In this document: one piece after another, positions 52,325-64,000 of the stretch
Position numbering within the stretch: the stretch's first letter is position 1
Layout: each line of letters starts with the position of its first letter
Program-made: the position numbers and the translations under genes
Assembly (NCBI GenBank): GCA_003344405.1
Contig: NOWV01000013.1
Span: 558,001 to 622,000, forward strand
Length of the DNA: 64,000 bases
Direction: 5' to 3'
Source: Trichoplax sp. H2
Lineage: Eukaryota
Notes under the pieces: model-generated
What the model saw: only the letters and a program-made list of their open reading frames with translations
Database searches by the model: none
Told to the model about the DNA's origin: nothing

Positions 52325-55300
52325 ATGGAAAAATCGACTAGTACCAATACAAGTCCTATTCCTTCCGATATGATGACATGGGTAGCCATGGGTATAGCGT
52401 TATGTATTGGCTATTTAATTAAGCAATTGGTAGAGATGTTGACATCACCGTTGTACGAGGTAAGTCCTGCTAACATCGACAGAGTTTATCTCCAAGTATC
52501 ACTTAGATAAGGAGGTTGTTACCTGTTATTACATATTGTTTAGACTGATAGAAAGCGAAATATTATCGCGGTCTTTTGAATCGATTTTTAATTGACTAAC
52601 TGTGAGTGTAAGCCTTTAACTTCGCCAATACCTGTCTTGCTAATCTTATTCTGTTATCTCAGATTCCTGGCCCACCAACTTGGTCTCCGTTCGGTCAAGT
52701 CTCTACAATTATGAAAGAACCACCTGGCGATTCATACATCAAGTACGTAAACGCTCTTAGTCATTTCATTCATAGTAATCTAAATATTCGATCCTATTAT
52801 ATCTACTGTATTGTATAGACATAAGATATCTTATTGGATTAATTCCTTATTTAAAAAAAAATAATGATATAAACGTTCTGTACTGTACTGTACATTAGAT
52901 CCTGCCAGTTTATGAAAAGTTCTTAGAATACTTAGTACGACAGTTTCAACGAAGTATTCTAACAATTCTTCATAAACTGGCGTGGTCTAAGTGTACATGG
53001 ATCAATTTCATGGTGAAAAATGATAGTGTAATACAATTGAATTAATCAAGTTCATCAATCTAATGTTTGGTATGAAGTGGGAAGTTGTAGACATTGATAG
53101 TGAATTATTAGTTATAGTATACGTCTGATCGAAGTGGATATTATATTACAGAGCACGTAAGTTTATGCTAGCAATACTAGTTATGTGCAGTACTAGACGT
53201 TAACTGTCTTCATTTTTAATTTGTTGATGATTTCTTACGTGGACGTGTTCCAAAATCCTAACTTAAATAAATTCTTTATCTGATCATTAATAGGTGGAGT
53301 GAACAGTACGGTGGTATATTGCGTTATGTTTTTCCTATTTATCATCAAAAAGTCGCTTTGATTAACCCCGATTATATAAAGCATGTTTTAGTTACAAATT
53401 GCACTAAATACAAGAAACCTGAGGAAGGGAAAAAGTAAGTCAGTATTGCGTTGATTGTCGTATTATCATACCTGTAGAGACGAATATTTTGACATGTGGT
53501 AATAATGCTATCACTCCCAACAAAATGATATCCTCAGTAATTTCTTTCTATAATATAGGTTCTTACTGCCTGCTATTGGCGAAGGGCTAGTTTTACTAGA
53601 AGGCCAAAAACATGCTAAAGCTCGTAAAATTATAAATCCAGCCTTTAAACACAGCAAAATTAAGGGTTAGTGACTTTTCTAGCAAAGAGCCCAATAAGTA
53701 CTACATTCTCATTATTTTGACAAGGTCTTATTATTTTTCTGAATAATTTTAATGACACTCTTATAAAAGAACTCACTTTCATAAAATATAGAAAGCGTAA
53801 AAATTATTATTGATAGCCGCCGATTTAATCATGGCTCCTTTTATCAGTAATTATATATCATGATCAGCCAAAAAAATGCATAATAAACTATTTATTTTAT
53901 CATACTAGAGCTAGTGCCCATATTTCATAGATTTGCACAAGCACTGGTTGAGTATTGGCAAAGCAGAATTGATAATTGTGGTGGTCAAGAAGCTATACTA
54001 GAAGTGCATGAGGATTTAAGCCGGGTCACATTGGATATAATATGCAAGAGCGCTTTTGATTATGAGTGCAATGCATTAGAAGATCCGACTAATGAAGCTT
54101 CGGTTGCCTTTGCTAAAGTCTTGGGAGGTCTTGATTTTGAGTAAGCTCTTCTAATATAAAGACATAAGAGTGATACATGCTAACGCAGCCTTAATAGGAA
54201 GAAAGGGTAGCTGCATATGACATAATCTCAAATAATGAAAAGAAAAACAAAGATTAAACGTATACTGTATATACCAAACTTATTTGAGCATCTATTAATA
54301 GTAGTTATATTGGATTAAATTGCTGTTGTATTAAAACGGTTTTACTTATAACTGTTCTAATATTAATCTTACAGTTGGACATTCTTCATTCCATTTTATA
54401 ATTACCTACCTACGCCAGGCAATTTGAAAACAAAGCGTGTTCTCTCCCTTTGTCATAACACAATCAATAGAGTCATTAAAGAAAGATTAGAAAAAGAAAC
54501 TCTCGGTAGGACTGTAGCGAGCTACTCTAAAATTTCAAAAATTATCGATTTTTTTAGAAATATTGTGTACTTTTTTAACTCCGATAGATGAGGAGAAGTG
54601 TCTGCTCGATATTTTGTTATCCCTAAGAGATGAAGACAATAATACAGGCTTTACGGAAACAGAATTAAAAGATCATATAATGACATTTATGGCCGCCGGT
54701 CATGAGGTTCGTACAAGTACATATTACGTGATTAATGTGCTTTGTAGCTAGTAAAATTATACGAACATTCATCTTTCGACTGTTTACGAATTACCTAATA
54801 AATTTATCATTCTCTAGACCACAAGTGTAGCTATAGCTTGGACTTTATATGCATTAGCCGGCAAACCTGAGATTCAGAATAAAGCTCGCCGGGAAATTTA
54901 TAAAGCTCTACATCAGTGTGATAACATTACATGGGACATTTTAGATGGATTAACATATTTGGACAGTGTTGTAAAGGAATCCCTTAGGTAATAAAGCTAT
55001 TACTGCCTAAGCGTATTAATAGTAATACTCATTATGGGTTTCCAATGAATTTTTTATATTATAAGTAGTAGTGCTAAGTTTAATATGTATTACGTGGCAG
55101 CTGAAGTAATATATAAGTTACCGTAGTCCATTTTATGTTATTTTTCATCATTTATCCAAAGGCTATATTCTCCTGTGCCAGTAACTTTTCGAGAAGCGTT
55201 AGCGGATGATATGATTGGAGATTATTTTATACCGAAAGGAACTGCTGTTACACTTTTACCGCCCCATCGGTAATTATAAATTACAACAGTAGCTAGTGTA

Positions 55301-55785
55301 GATCATGGTTATAGCTTTGTTGGGAACGATTTTCTAATCTAGAGAACATGTACTATTGTAATTACTTTTAATATATTATAAGTACGTTTTTAAATTATTG
55401 ATAAGAGTATGAATGGAAAGTGCTGTTTATTATGATTTAAACCTGAACATTTTATAGCAATATCAAATTAAAGTATTTCTTTACTATTAACCACAATTAT
55501 AGATTCTCGAAATATTTTCAAGATCCTTTAAAATTTGATCCAGATAGATGGAATACTACCGCTAAAGATATCAAGCCTTATACATTTATGCCATTTCTCG
55601 CAGGGCCACGAATTTGTATAGGCGCTAAATTTGCTATAACCGAAATAAAATGTATCTTATCTTTGTTGTTAAGTAACTTTTCTTTCCGTCTAGTACCAGA
55701 TCTAGAAATTACAAGAAGGCTTTATCTCACTATGAGGCCTTTGCCCTCTTTAAAGCTTATTGTTTCACCTATATCGTCTTCATAA
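52325..55785 (+). CDS. Cytochrome P450, microsomal, CYP4-clan-like, 10 exons
   Basis: N-terminal TM anchor, IPGPP hinge (52663), RKIINPAF, VTLDIICKSAF, I-helix FMAAGHE|TT, K-helix KESLR, FDPDRW and heme motif FLAGPRICIG. Exons about 52325-52459, 52663-52742, 53294-53434, 53559-53665, 53908-54140, 54374-54505, 54588-54706, 54818-54987, 55162-55269, 55503-55785. Confidence 0.95.
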
Positions 55786-57357
55786 TGATTACTGACGGCA
55801 AGAGCAGATGTAAAGCTGATTTTAAACCTGTTTAATATTATTGGGCTTGTTATTTATACTTTTAGTCCCCATTAAAATGAAAATGTTGTCTTGGTTACTA
55901 ACGTGGCTCATATTTTCATATTCATGTACTGATTACAGAGATTGCTTTTTTATTATACACAAAATATCGAAATTATTGTACGCTTGGAATAAAAACTCTT
56001 TTGGCTACAATTACGTAGCTATTTGGCTTTCCAATGTCGAGTCTCATTTTAAAATTGGATTTTCGTAAGAAAGGTTTCAGAAACCCTATCATCATATAAC
56101 ATTAAGAAATTCATATTACTATAGCTTATAAAGTACTATCATACGATAAATTATAGCTGTATCATCCATAGATATGGGCCTAATTTACTAGCTATAATGG
56201 ATATGAGTTACCGGTTCAATTCTAATTATCTGTTATTTTCCTGTGGTCTAGAGATAGTGAGTATGATGTTCATACTCATGCAAGCGTAATATAAATTTGT
56301 AGTAAAATATCTCCTTAGCCAATTTTACAAATAAAGGTGATCCAAGAAGATTGCAAGTGATTTATCAGAGCAATTAATACGACAATTGAGTCAGTAAAGG
56401 GTTTAATTCTCGTATTTAAAAAGTCTTCAGTTTTACTTGACGTGTATAAAAAAGCAGACCTTTATTATTTTAGTGAGATAAAGATGTAGTACTTCGACCA
56501 AAAAACTTTCTACTTGAAAACAATTTTTCATGATCTGAAATTGATGAAGTCATAGACGATCTAAGATATGAGATCGTTTCGATATTAATCAAGAATACAT
56601 TTAATATAAGAAAATAAGTTGATTTCATTGATATGATCAATTGATACATTATATGATTAGACTATATTATACATATATATATAATCACAATTATAGCACG
56701 TGTGATCACATCATCTGGTGGAATACACGTTTAATCACCACACAATTGTATATTCTGACTACTGCAACCTTATTAACCTGGTTGGGAAATACTGGTGATT
56801 CTGACTAACACTGCAGAATAAAGAGCAAATAATATTCAGACTTTTGATGAATTGAAATAATAAAATGCATCATTAGGTAGAACAATACAGCTTACTATAT
56901 AGATTTTACAAGTTACGCGGTAGCAGTCCTAGTTAGTGATAAGCTTTAAAACCCTGTCTGCGTGTCCGCGCGTCTGTGTTGCATACCGTTAAGTATATTA
57001 TTTCAAGTCATAATGTGACAGTTACTTTCTATAATCACCGTATAGCTAGTCTTTAAAATAAGTGCTTGAAGATATACGCTATTTTTTGTAGCTCTTATTT
57101 CCATTTTGAAGTATACAATTTGAAACTTTTCTACTAGCTATAGAGTACTAACAAGCTCATAAATAACTAGTTCACAGATTATAAAACTATTGATACAGCT
57201 AGTAAATTATCTTTCACAACTCATTATAGTCCTTCCAATTGATACTTCTGCATTCCTAAGAAGGGATTGATTCTCAAAACGTTGGTACAAGTACATTCAA
57301 AAGTAGAAGTAAACACCATCGTAAAGATTTTGACATCGAATAATTTTAACTTCAATT

Positions 57358-59210
57358 ATGGCAACAACGTCTAGTCAAGGTATTTCCATCCTATTTATTT
57401 CTTCTTGCTTATTCTTATTAAATAATTTTGAAAAATTGCGTTATTAATGTGAAATATTCCTACGTTTACTTTTAGGGAAAACAAATATTAGCGTATCCAC
57501 AATTTTTTTTGATTAAGAAGAGCTTTAGTTCGTACAATTTAATGCAATTTATATATTAATCGGACATACTGTATGTTCTAATCAGTAATCTTTCCAACAT
57601 TTGTTAAATACGGTATCGCTAACATGATTAATACGCGTGCACTGCTCACAATGGTTAGTAAAGTCAGATTTATATGGATTTAAGCCACCTTAGTCGTCTT
57701 ATTTGCGATTTCTGAAGAAATTGTAACTTTAACTGATATATGCACTGGAAAAACCATAAGTTCCAGTCAATGAATTTTTCAATATTCCTTTCAATTACGT
57801 TTTCACTAGCGTCGTTAATTCGCGCATGTACCACCCGTAATAGATTATAAAATCAGATGAATAAAATACTACTTGAATTGTTTTCATAATTTTCATATAG
57901 ATAAAATTCTATTTCATAACTATAACTTACCGCTAATAACAGCAACGATCTATCTTATAAAATTTCAGATCTAAAACTAACCCTTTAGCGGTATGTGTTT
58001 ATATGAAACCATTCTAGTATGACGAAATCAACTTCTATACCGATATGCGGTCGTTGTTGTTATATCGTACAAGTCCAGTCTTAAATTTAGAGACAATTTA
58101 ATGCTAAGAAGATCAATGTAATATATAAATTGCTGTTAGCTACTCATCCTTAATATTTTTCTCAGCTATCATCGCTACCACTGCAAATTCTATTGTACTT
58201 AAATTTATGGTATTTCGGTTTCTTTTGGATTGTAGAATTACTAATGTATATCTACAAAGGTAGAAAAATTATTTCATTTTTGATTAATTATGAATGTACA
58301 TACATATTTTACTAGCTGCTAGACAAGTTTTGCTTAATTATTACATGAGTATAACTAATTACTTCATTGTCGATAGGCTCTGTATTGCCTTATCCAGCAG
58401 GAAATCTAACAGCAGAATTAATCTTACTTTTCTTAATGGCGGCAGTGGAAAGTACTCGAATTTTTCTCGGTATGCAAATGCACATTGGCACGTTGCTATC
58501 TTATCTCCATGATCAGTATCTAAGATACTTAAATAAACATTTCTTTTAGGAATATCATGATATTAGTATGATATTAGTCATTAGCCAATATGATATGCAT
58601 GACTATATTTTAATTGATTCTATTTAGCTAGAGTTACTTGAAATGTGTACATTTACAATAATGGAAACATTCTAGATAATATTATTGATAATTTAGTAAA
58701 TCATGCATCATTAATGGAACCCAACTTAGGTCAGAAAGGCAATCTTACCGAACGAAAGATTAACTTACTAGTATCGATAGCCCTATCGATTCCTATTACA
58801 TTCTGTCTCCTATTCCTACTATTGTGGCAAACATATGTTTTACGTGCAGAGTTAATAACATGTGGTATTCAATTAGCATTTATCGCTATTGAAGCAGTCT
58901 TTAGCATCATAGCTGTGCTAACCTTTCAGAGGTACGTGTAGCATTTAATGCGATTGTAAGTACAGATAAGAAATTACTAAATTTTCATAGCAAATAACGT
59001 TAGAGATTTGCCACAGATTAATACAACAATTGCCAGCTTTAATGATTTAGCATATCATATGGCAGTACGTTCATGATGACTTTGTGATCATTATTGCAAT
59101 GTCTTCATGTATAATTGACATTCATTCTAATCTAAAAATTAATTAAATTAAAAGTTAAGCTATCTTGATTCTCTTACTATTTAAATTTTAGGTATGAATC
59201 TACTCTCTAG
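57358..59210 (+). CDS. TMEM216: Ciliary transition-zone membrane protein, TMEM216/TMEM80 (Transmemb_17) family, 6 exons
   Basis: Exons 57358-57379, 57476-57492, 58166-58259 (LSSLPLQILLYLNLWY...YIYK), 58377-58469 (GSVLPYPAGNL...ESTRIFL), 58730-58931 (GQKGNLTER...WQTYVLRAE) and 59192-59210. The first two exons are less certain. Confidence 0.87.
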
Positions 59211-60514
59211 GTGGTAATCACTACATTTTTTTCAACTCTGAAAGAATAATGATACAACTGCTTCATATTTAACAACAATTATTTTTGATAGTCCATTTTC
59301 AGAATAATATATGATATAGATTCTCGTAACGAAATTCGTGAGTAAGGTTGTTGTAATGTAACATAGAACTTACGTATAATTGCAAGGTTTAAGGCTTTAA
59401 CATTATAGAAACAACTAAGGGAGAATTCTTTAAAATACGTATTGCGTCTTATTAAGTGTGGTCTTGCCACTTTCGATGCTGCATTGTATACCATAATATG
59501 TGCCATTAGCTGAGATGATACTGTTTATTAATTTCTTTTAATATTTAACATATATTGTAAATGCCTAAGGACTATGTATAAATATAACAATTATTATAAC
59601 CTTACCGAGCATAATTGAATGGGAATACTTTGTATATAGCAGTACTACTGCATATAGATCGCCACGGCTCAAATGCGGAATGTGCATGTGATTTTAAAAA
59701 ATAAGTTTAAATTATACCAATTGTTTACACAATCTGATTTATTTGGATGCGAATATGGACCGTGTATTCTAGTGATAATGAGTGTCACATTGTTAGTAAT
59801 TTAGGTAATGCAATGCAATTCCCCTGTATTTGTTAGTATAATTAGTCTATTTTCATTTCACTTATGGATGTAGATACCTTCTGAAGATAGTAACTTTGGC
59901 AATCTTTAACATGTGTCAGTATATAACTAGTGAAGCCCATTTATAAGGACTTGCTAGGCAAAAATTGCAAGAAACTTCTTTACACAGTTACAATATATTA
60001 CAATAATAAAAAAAATTCTAATCTGTCGATTTATATGAGTATATATTTAGTACACGAAGCAAATTTTCATACAAACTTTGCGAATGATTACGATTTTTTT
60101 ATTACTTTTGCGGTAACGTTATATTATAGTACAGCTTTTTCAACGATGTCGAGTTGAATTATCGGTAAGGCTTAATTTTTTATGGTTTCAACAACCAAAT
60201 TGCTTACTTTAAATATATCAATAGCCAATTTACTTTCATCATCACAATGAATAATAAGTTAAGACATCAAGGTTATACATCTATTAAAAATTACTTATAT
60301 CTTTTAAAAACTACGAACATTCTGAAATTTCTCTACGTATCTAATAACTAATAACTTTAGGTGTATTAGAAGCATTTTCAACATACTGTTATAGTCAGTT
60401 ACATAAAAAACACCTTAAAATATTAGCAACCAATACATATGCGTATGAAATAAGCTGCTATAGTAACATCCCATAAGAGCAACTAGCCTATAAAAGACTG
60501 ACGGTAGCCAAATC

Positions 60515-62192
60515 TTAATCTGTGAATCTCCTGCCTTCATTGGCACCAAAGAGAGTTGTTCTGATTTCCGGTAACATTTGACGATAAAGGGATTCAAGGC
60601 GGCTTTCCAATGTATTGGAAATTTTAATATTTCCAGACGGTGTGAGCAATTCAACACCTCCAGAGCTAGAATATACGAATACAGTAAATTATGTCAATGA
60701 CGGATATTAACCAAGGGTAAATAATTAATATATGCATTGACCAATTCATACATTATCGTTAGGAACATAAAATTACAGCAAACGCAATGGAAATAGAAGA
60801 GATTTTACTTGGAGTAATATTCATGGATATCGAAATTAATGCTACTTGTTATATTTACATTTCCGATCCAAGAAATTCTTTAATGTCAACATTGACAACA
60901 ATGTCCCTTTTGGAAGCGTTCTTATAATCTTTAACTGCATCTCCGATGACTTCCTATAATTTGAAAAGTTAAAATATTTAGTACATAGTCTTGACATCAA
61001 GAGTTTAGAAACTGCGATCGATTTGCTAGAAATGCATCGATGATCTTGGAAGGCTTGATCAAGCTAAGTCATCAACTTAACGCTATGAATAAGTCATACC
61101 TTAATCAGTTTCAAGTCGGCTTGACGACAACGAACTATGACTGTTTTCTCTAATAATTGAAATAGGCCCTGATAGTAGGAAAGATTGATTAACGTAGATA
61201 TTTAGTTTACGATCAGTTCCATGTGGCAGTTTCAATAAATGAACAATTTTACCTGTGTAATTAAACCTTGTAGTAAACCCTTATATTTCTCTTGATCCTT
61301 AGTAGCTGCTCCAAGTTTGACTCTTGTATCCTCCATTATAGCCTTAAAATAGAAAAGTACGCTTTGAGGTTGATGAATCGATCTATCTCTGTTCCATTCA
61401 ACATTGGTATTGATGTCTTTTCTACAGTCCAGTCCTGTTAATATCTGCAATCCCACGATTGGATCGTTTCATGATAATCCATATAGGAAGTACATACCTT
61501 AATAAGGTTTTCCCTTTCTTTAAGAATGGCTAAACGCGACTGATTCAACATATTGGAGTGTTGTCTGTGATTGATAGAAATGTATGTTGAGTTACGCTAT
61601 CAAAGTGATGTAGCAAGATATCACTAGCAGTTATTATTGCACGGTGTACGTCAATCACTGAAGGGAGGCATAATCCTACCGTACATACGAGTATACAGTA
61701 CGAATAAGCATTTATGATATTATTTAATCGCCTCAAGTTACTGTCATCCGTTGAGAAAGATTATAATTACATTTTACGCTGAAGTTCAATCTGTTTCTCC
61801 TTCTTTTCATAAAAGCCTAAAATTTTTAACTTTTCCTGCTGTACCAATCTGCTTTTTTCAATGTTAAATTCTTCCTCGGCCTATCGCAAATAACAACATT
61901 TTATTGAAGGTGCTATTGCCAAAGATGGAAGAATTCATTTTTTTGTATTTAAGCCTGAATCTAGGATTTTATAATCACCTTAGCATCGATTTCATCCGCT
62001 TTTTCTTTGGCTTCTTGCTCGATGAAGGCCATCATATGGTGGATCTAGGGTGACGCCATATTGACATGAAAGTGGTTAGCTCAATATAAATGGCTTGAAC
62101 AAAATTTCATTTATCCTCAACTGGATGCGGTACTACGCGAATCACTGTGGCAACATTACCTGCTTTTGGACTTCTGTATCTGATAAAGCCAT
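60515..62192 (-). CDS. ATP6V1E1: V-type proton ATPase subunit E, 8 exons
   Basis: [53 protein letters not shown]...|[11 protein letters not shown]|...|[18 protein letters not shown]|...|SGGVELL...[10 protein letters not shown]...[20 protein letters not shown]. Confidence 0.97.
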
Positions 62193-62334
62193 TTTGATAG
62201 GATTTAGTTGGTTTACAGCTGGCAATCTGTTCTGAATAAAATCTTGATTACTCCGCTATGGCGACTGCCGAGTTTGGAGGCAGTAGGAATCAGCTATGAA
62301 TCAACGTCTCGGGTTTGGCGAAAGGAAACATCAA

Positions 62335-62723
62335 GCGCATGTCACGTGAAGATAAATTGTATTTGGGCTAGAGTAGAGTACTTAGTGCCGTGGCTCAGTA
62401 CTGTACGGTCATGAGTAAAACTTGGAATACTGTACTGTACATTGCGCATGTCACTTGAAGATCAATTGTATTTGGGGTACTGTACACTACAGTAGATACA
62501 GTAGAGTACCAAGTGCCGTGACATACAGTACAGTAGTACACAATACTATACTGTACGGTTATGCGTAAAACTTGGAATACCGTACTGTACACTGCGCATG
62601 TCACGTGAAGTTCAATTGTATTTGGGGTACAGTACAGTGGATACAGTAGAGTGCTGAGTGCCGTGACACAGTACTGTACTGTACTGTACGCTCATGAGTA
62701 AAACTTGGAATACTGTACTGTAC
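62335..62723. repeat. Three-copy tandem repeat (about 109-150 bp) immediately upstream of ATP6V1E, each unit starting GCGCATGTCAC(G/T)TGAAG
   Basis: Units start at 62335, 62444 and 62594 and share 'aattgtatttggg', 'agtgccgtg' and 'gtaaaacttggaatac'. Length differences are due to TACAG-type insertions. Confidence 0.9.
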
Positions 62724-63061
62724 AGTACTGTAGTGTACAGTACATACAGTACAGTACCGTACAGTACCAAACACGTGACACTACAGTATTTTGCTAGCAA
62801 TTTCAAAATTCCTGTGCCTGAGTACTGTACACTGTACAGTACTGTACTGTACAGCCACAGTACTGTATACTGTATGCCAAGGCTTCTGCGATACGCTAAG
62901 TAGGATTGAACAGGACTACCAACCAGCTTGCAGTGCCAGTGGCTAGCAGAAGTGACGTCACTGACACGTGCCCATACAGGATAATGTACTGTATGGTACT
63001 GTACAATGTACTGTAAATACCAGCACATGCCAGCGTCCGACGACTAATCCTTGCAGTAGGA

Positions 63062-63160
63062 CTAGTAGTAGAACAGTGTGCTACTGTAGATTGGACGAAA
63101 AAATTTGGCTAGTAGCAGAACAGTGTGCTACTGTACTATAGATTGGACGAAAATTTGGCC
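63062..63160. repeat. Two-copy direct repeat of about 47-51 bp, each containing ATTGG (reverse CCAAT box)
   Basis: 'ctagtag(t/c)agaacagtgtgctactgta(ctata)gattggacgaaaa(aa)tttggc' occurs twice in tandem. Confidence 0.8.
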
Positions 63161-64000
63161 CGATTCAAAATTCTGATGAAGTTACTACTATACAGCACTG
63201 TAAACTGAGTCTACAGTACAGTATGACTGTATCATACAGAACAAGCTACTCAGTAAATTCACTCCAACGCCCATGAAAGTCTCTCAGCCTGATAGAACTA
63301 CAGTACAGTACTGTATCCAGCTGTCATGTGACAACAGCTGTCAGCAGCAACTTGTTCCACACCATGATTGATCAATTCGTATCCACTGCTATTTCGGAAT
63401 TACGCTCAGTCCCTACATAATCGAAAAAAATAATATACACCTTCCAATTGAATGGATAGATTGATACTACAGCATACACTGAGCCAGTTGATTTACTTTA
63501 TTTATACGTCTTTAGATAAAACTTTCATGACCAATAATACACGCTTGCATTGCATTGCATTGCTATACCTGCAGGAGGAGTCAATTTATGTTAGTAATGA
63601 ATGTTTCTGTACCAAACGTGTATTATTTCCTACTTTCCTTGCAGTGATGCTATAAATTGTTTGAAATTCCTGACAGTAGATTACTATACAATAGGTGTGT
63701 CTCAATCTGCTCTACGGACTACCAGCAAGATGTCCTTATGATACTGCGGGTGTTCAACCCGGTAGATAAACAGGACACGCGTACTTACACGCGTATCATG
63801 ATCAAATCATTTTACTATCTTGGCTATAAATTCTTACTAATACTTAAATAGTTCAATGGCGATGGTTTGAACAAATGAATAGTGATCTTTATTAACCAAA
63901 AGTGACATGAAACAATTATACAAATACAGCCGGGTAATAGTATCGCATACGACGACAAATCGTTTCGATTTTTGGATGCTCGTTAGGTGTGCATCAACTT

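Noticed and set aside
56912-56925. RFX X-box-like GTTACGCGGTAGC upstream of ciliary TMEM216
   Set aside because: It deviates from the consensus in spacing and in the conserved GYAAC half, so it cannot be supported without conservation data.
63452-63851. Two short + strand ORFs at the window end
   Set aside because: One lacks an ATG start, and neither has recognisable motifs or splice support.

Overview
AT-rich (roughly one-third GC by eye) eukaryotic nuclear DNA with compact, intron-dense genes (mostly 60-400 nt GT-AG introns). Gene content (NKCC-type SLC12, JTB, TMEM216, clan-4-like CYP) points to a ciliated animal; the compact architecture fits a basal metazoan such as a placozoan (inference only). 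Exon chains were built by hand, so boundaries may be off by a few nt. Genes in order: two tandem NKCC-type SLC12A cotransporters (+), COX5A (+), an orphan 3-exon gene (-), JTB (-), a GT31 beta-1,3-glycosyltransferase (-), MRPL21 (-), an intronless HSF-DNA-binding-domain gene (-), WDR77/MEP50 (-), a cytochrome P450 (+), TMEM216/TMEM80 (+) and V-ATPase subunit E (-). No CRISPR array, rRNA, tRNA or transposase was seen, and I found no clear-cut new biological system. Most notable: (i) both SLC12 paralogs have lost both residues of a normally conserved intracellular Asp-Lys pair while keeping the Na+ and K+ site motifs; (ii) an intronless, apparently DBD-only HSF; (iii) TACAG/CTGTA arrays and local tandem duplications concentrated near gene 5' ends, one of which multiplies CLEAR-like E-boxes upstream of the V-ATPase gene; (iv) a probable U12-type intron next to a 17-nt microexon in TMEM216.
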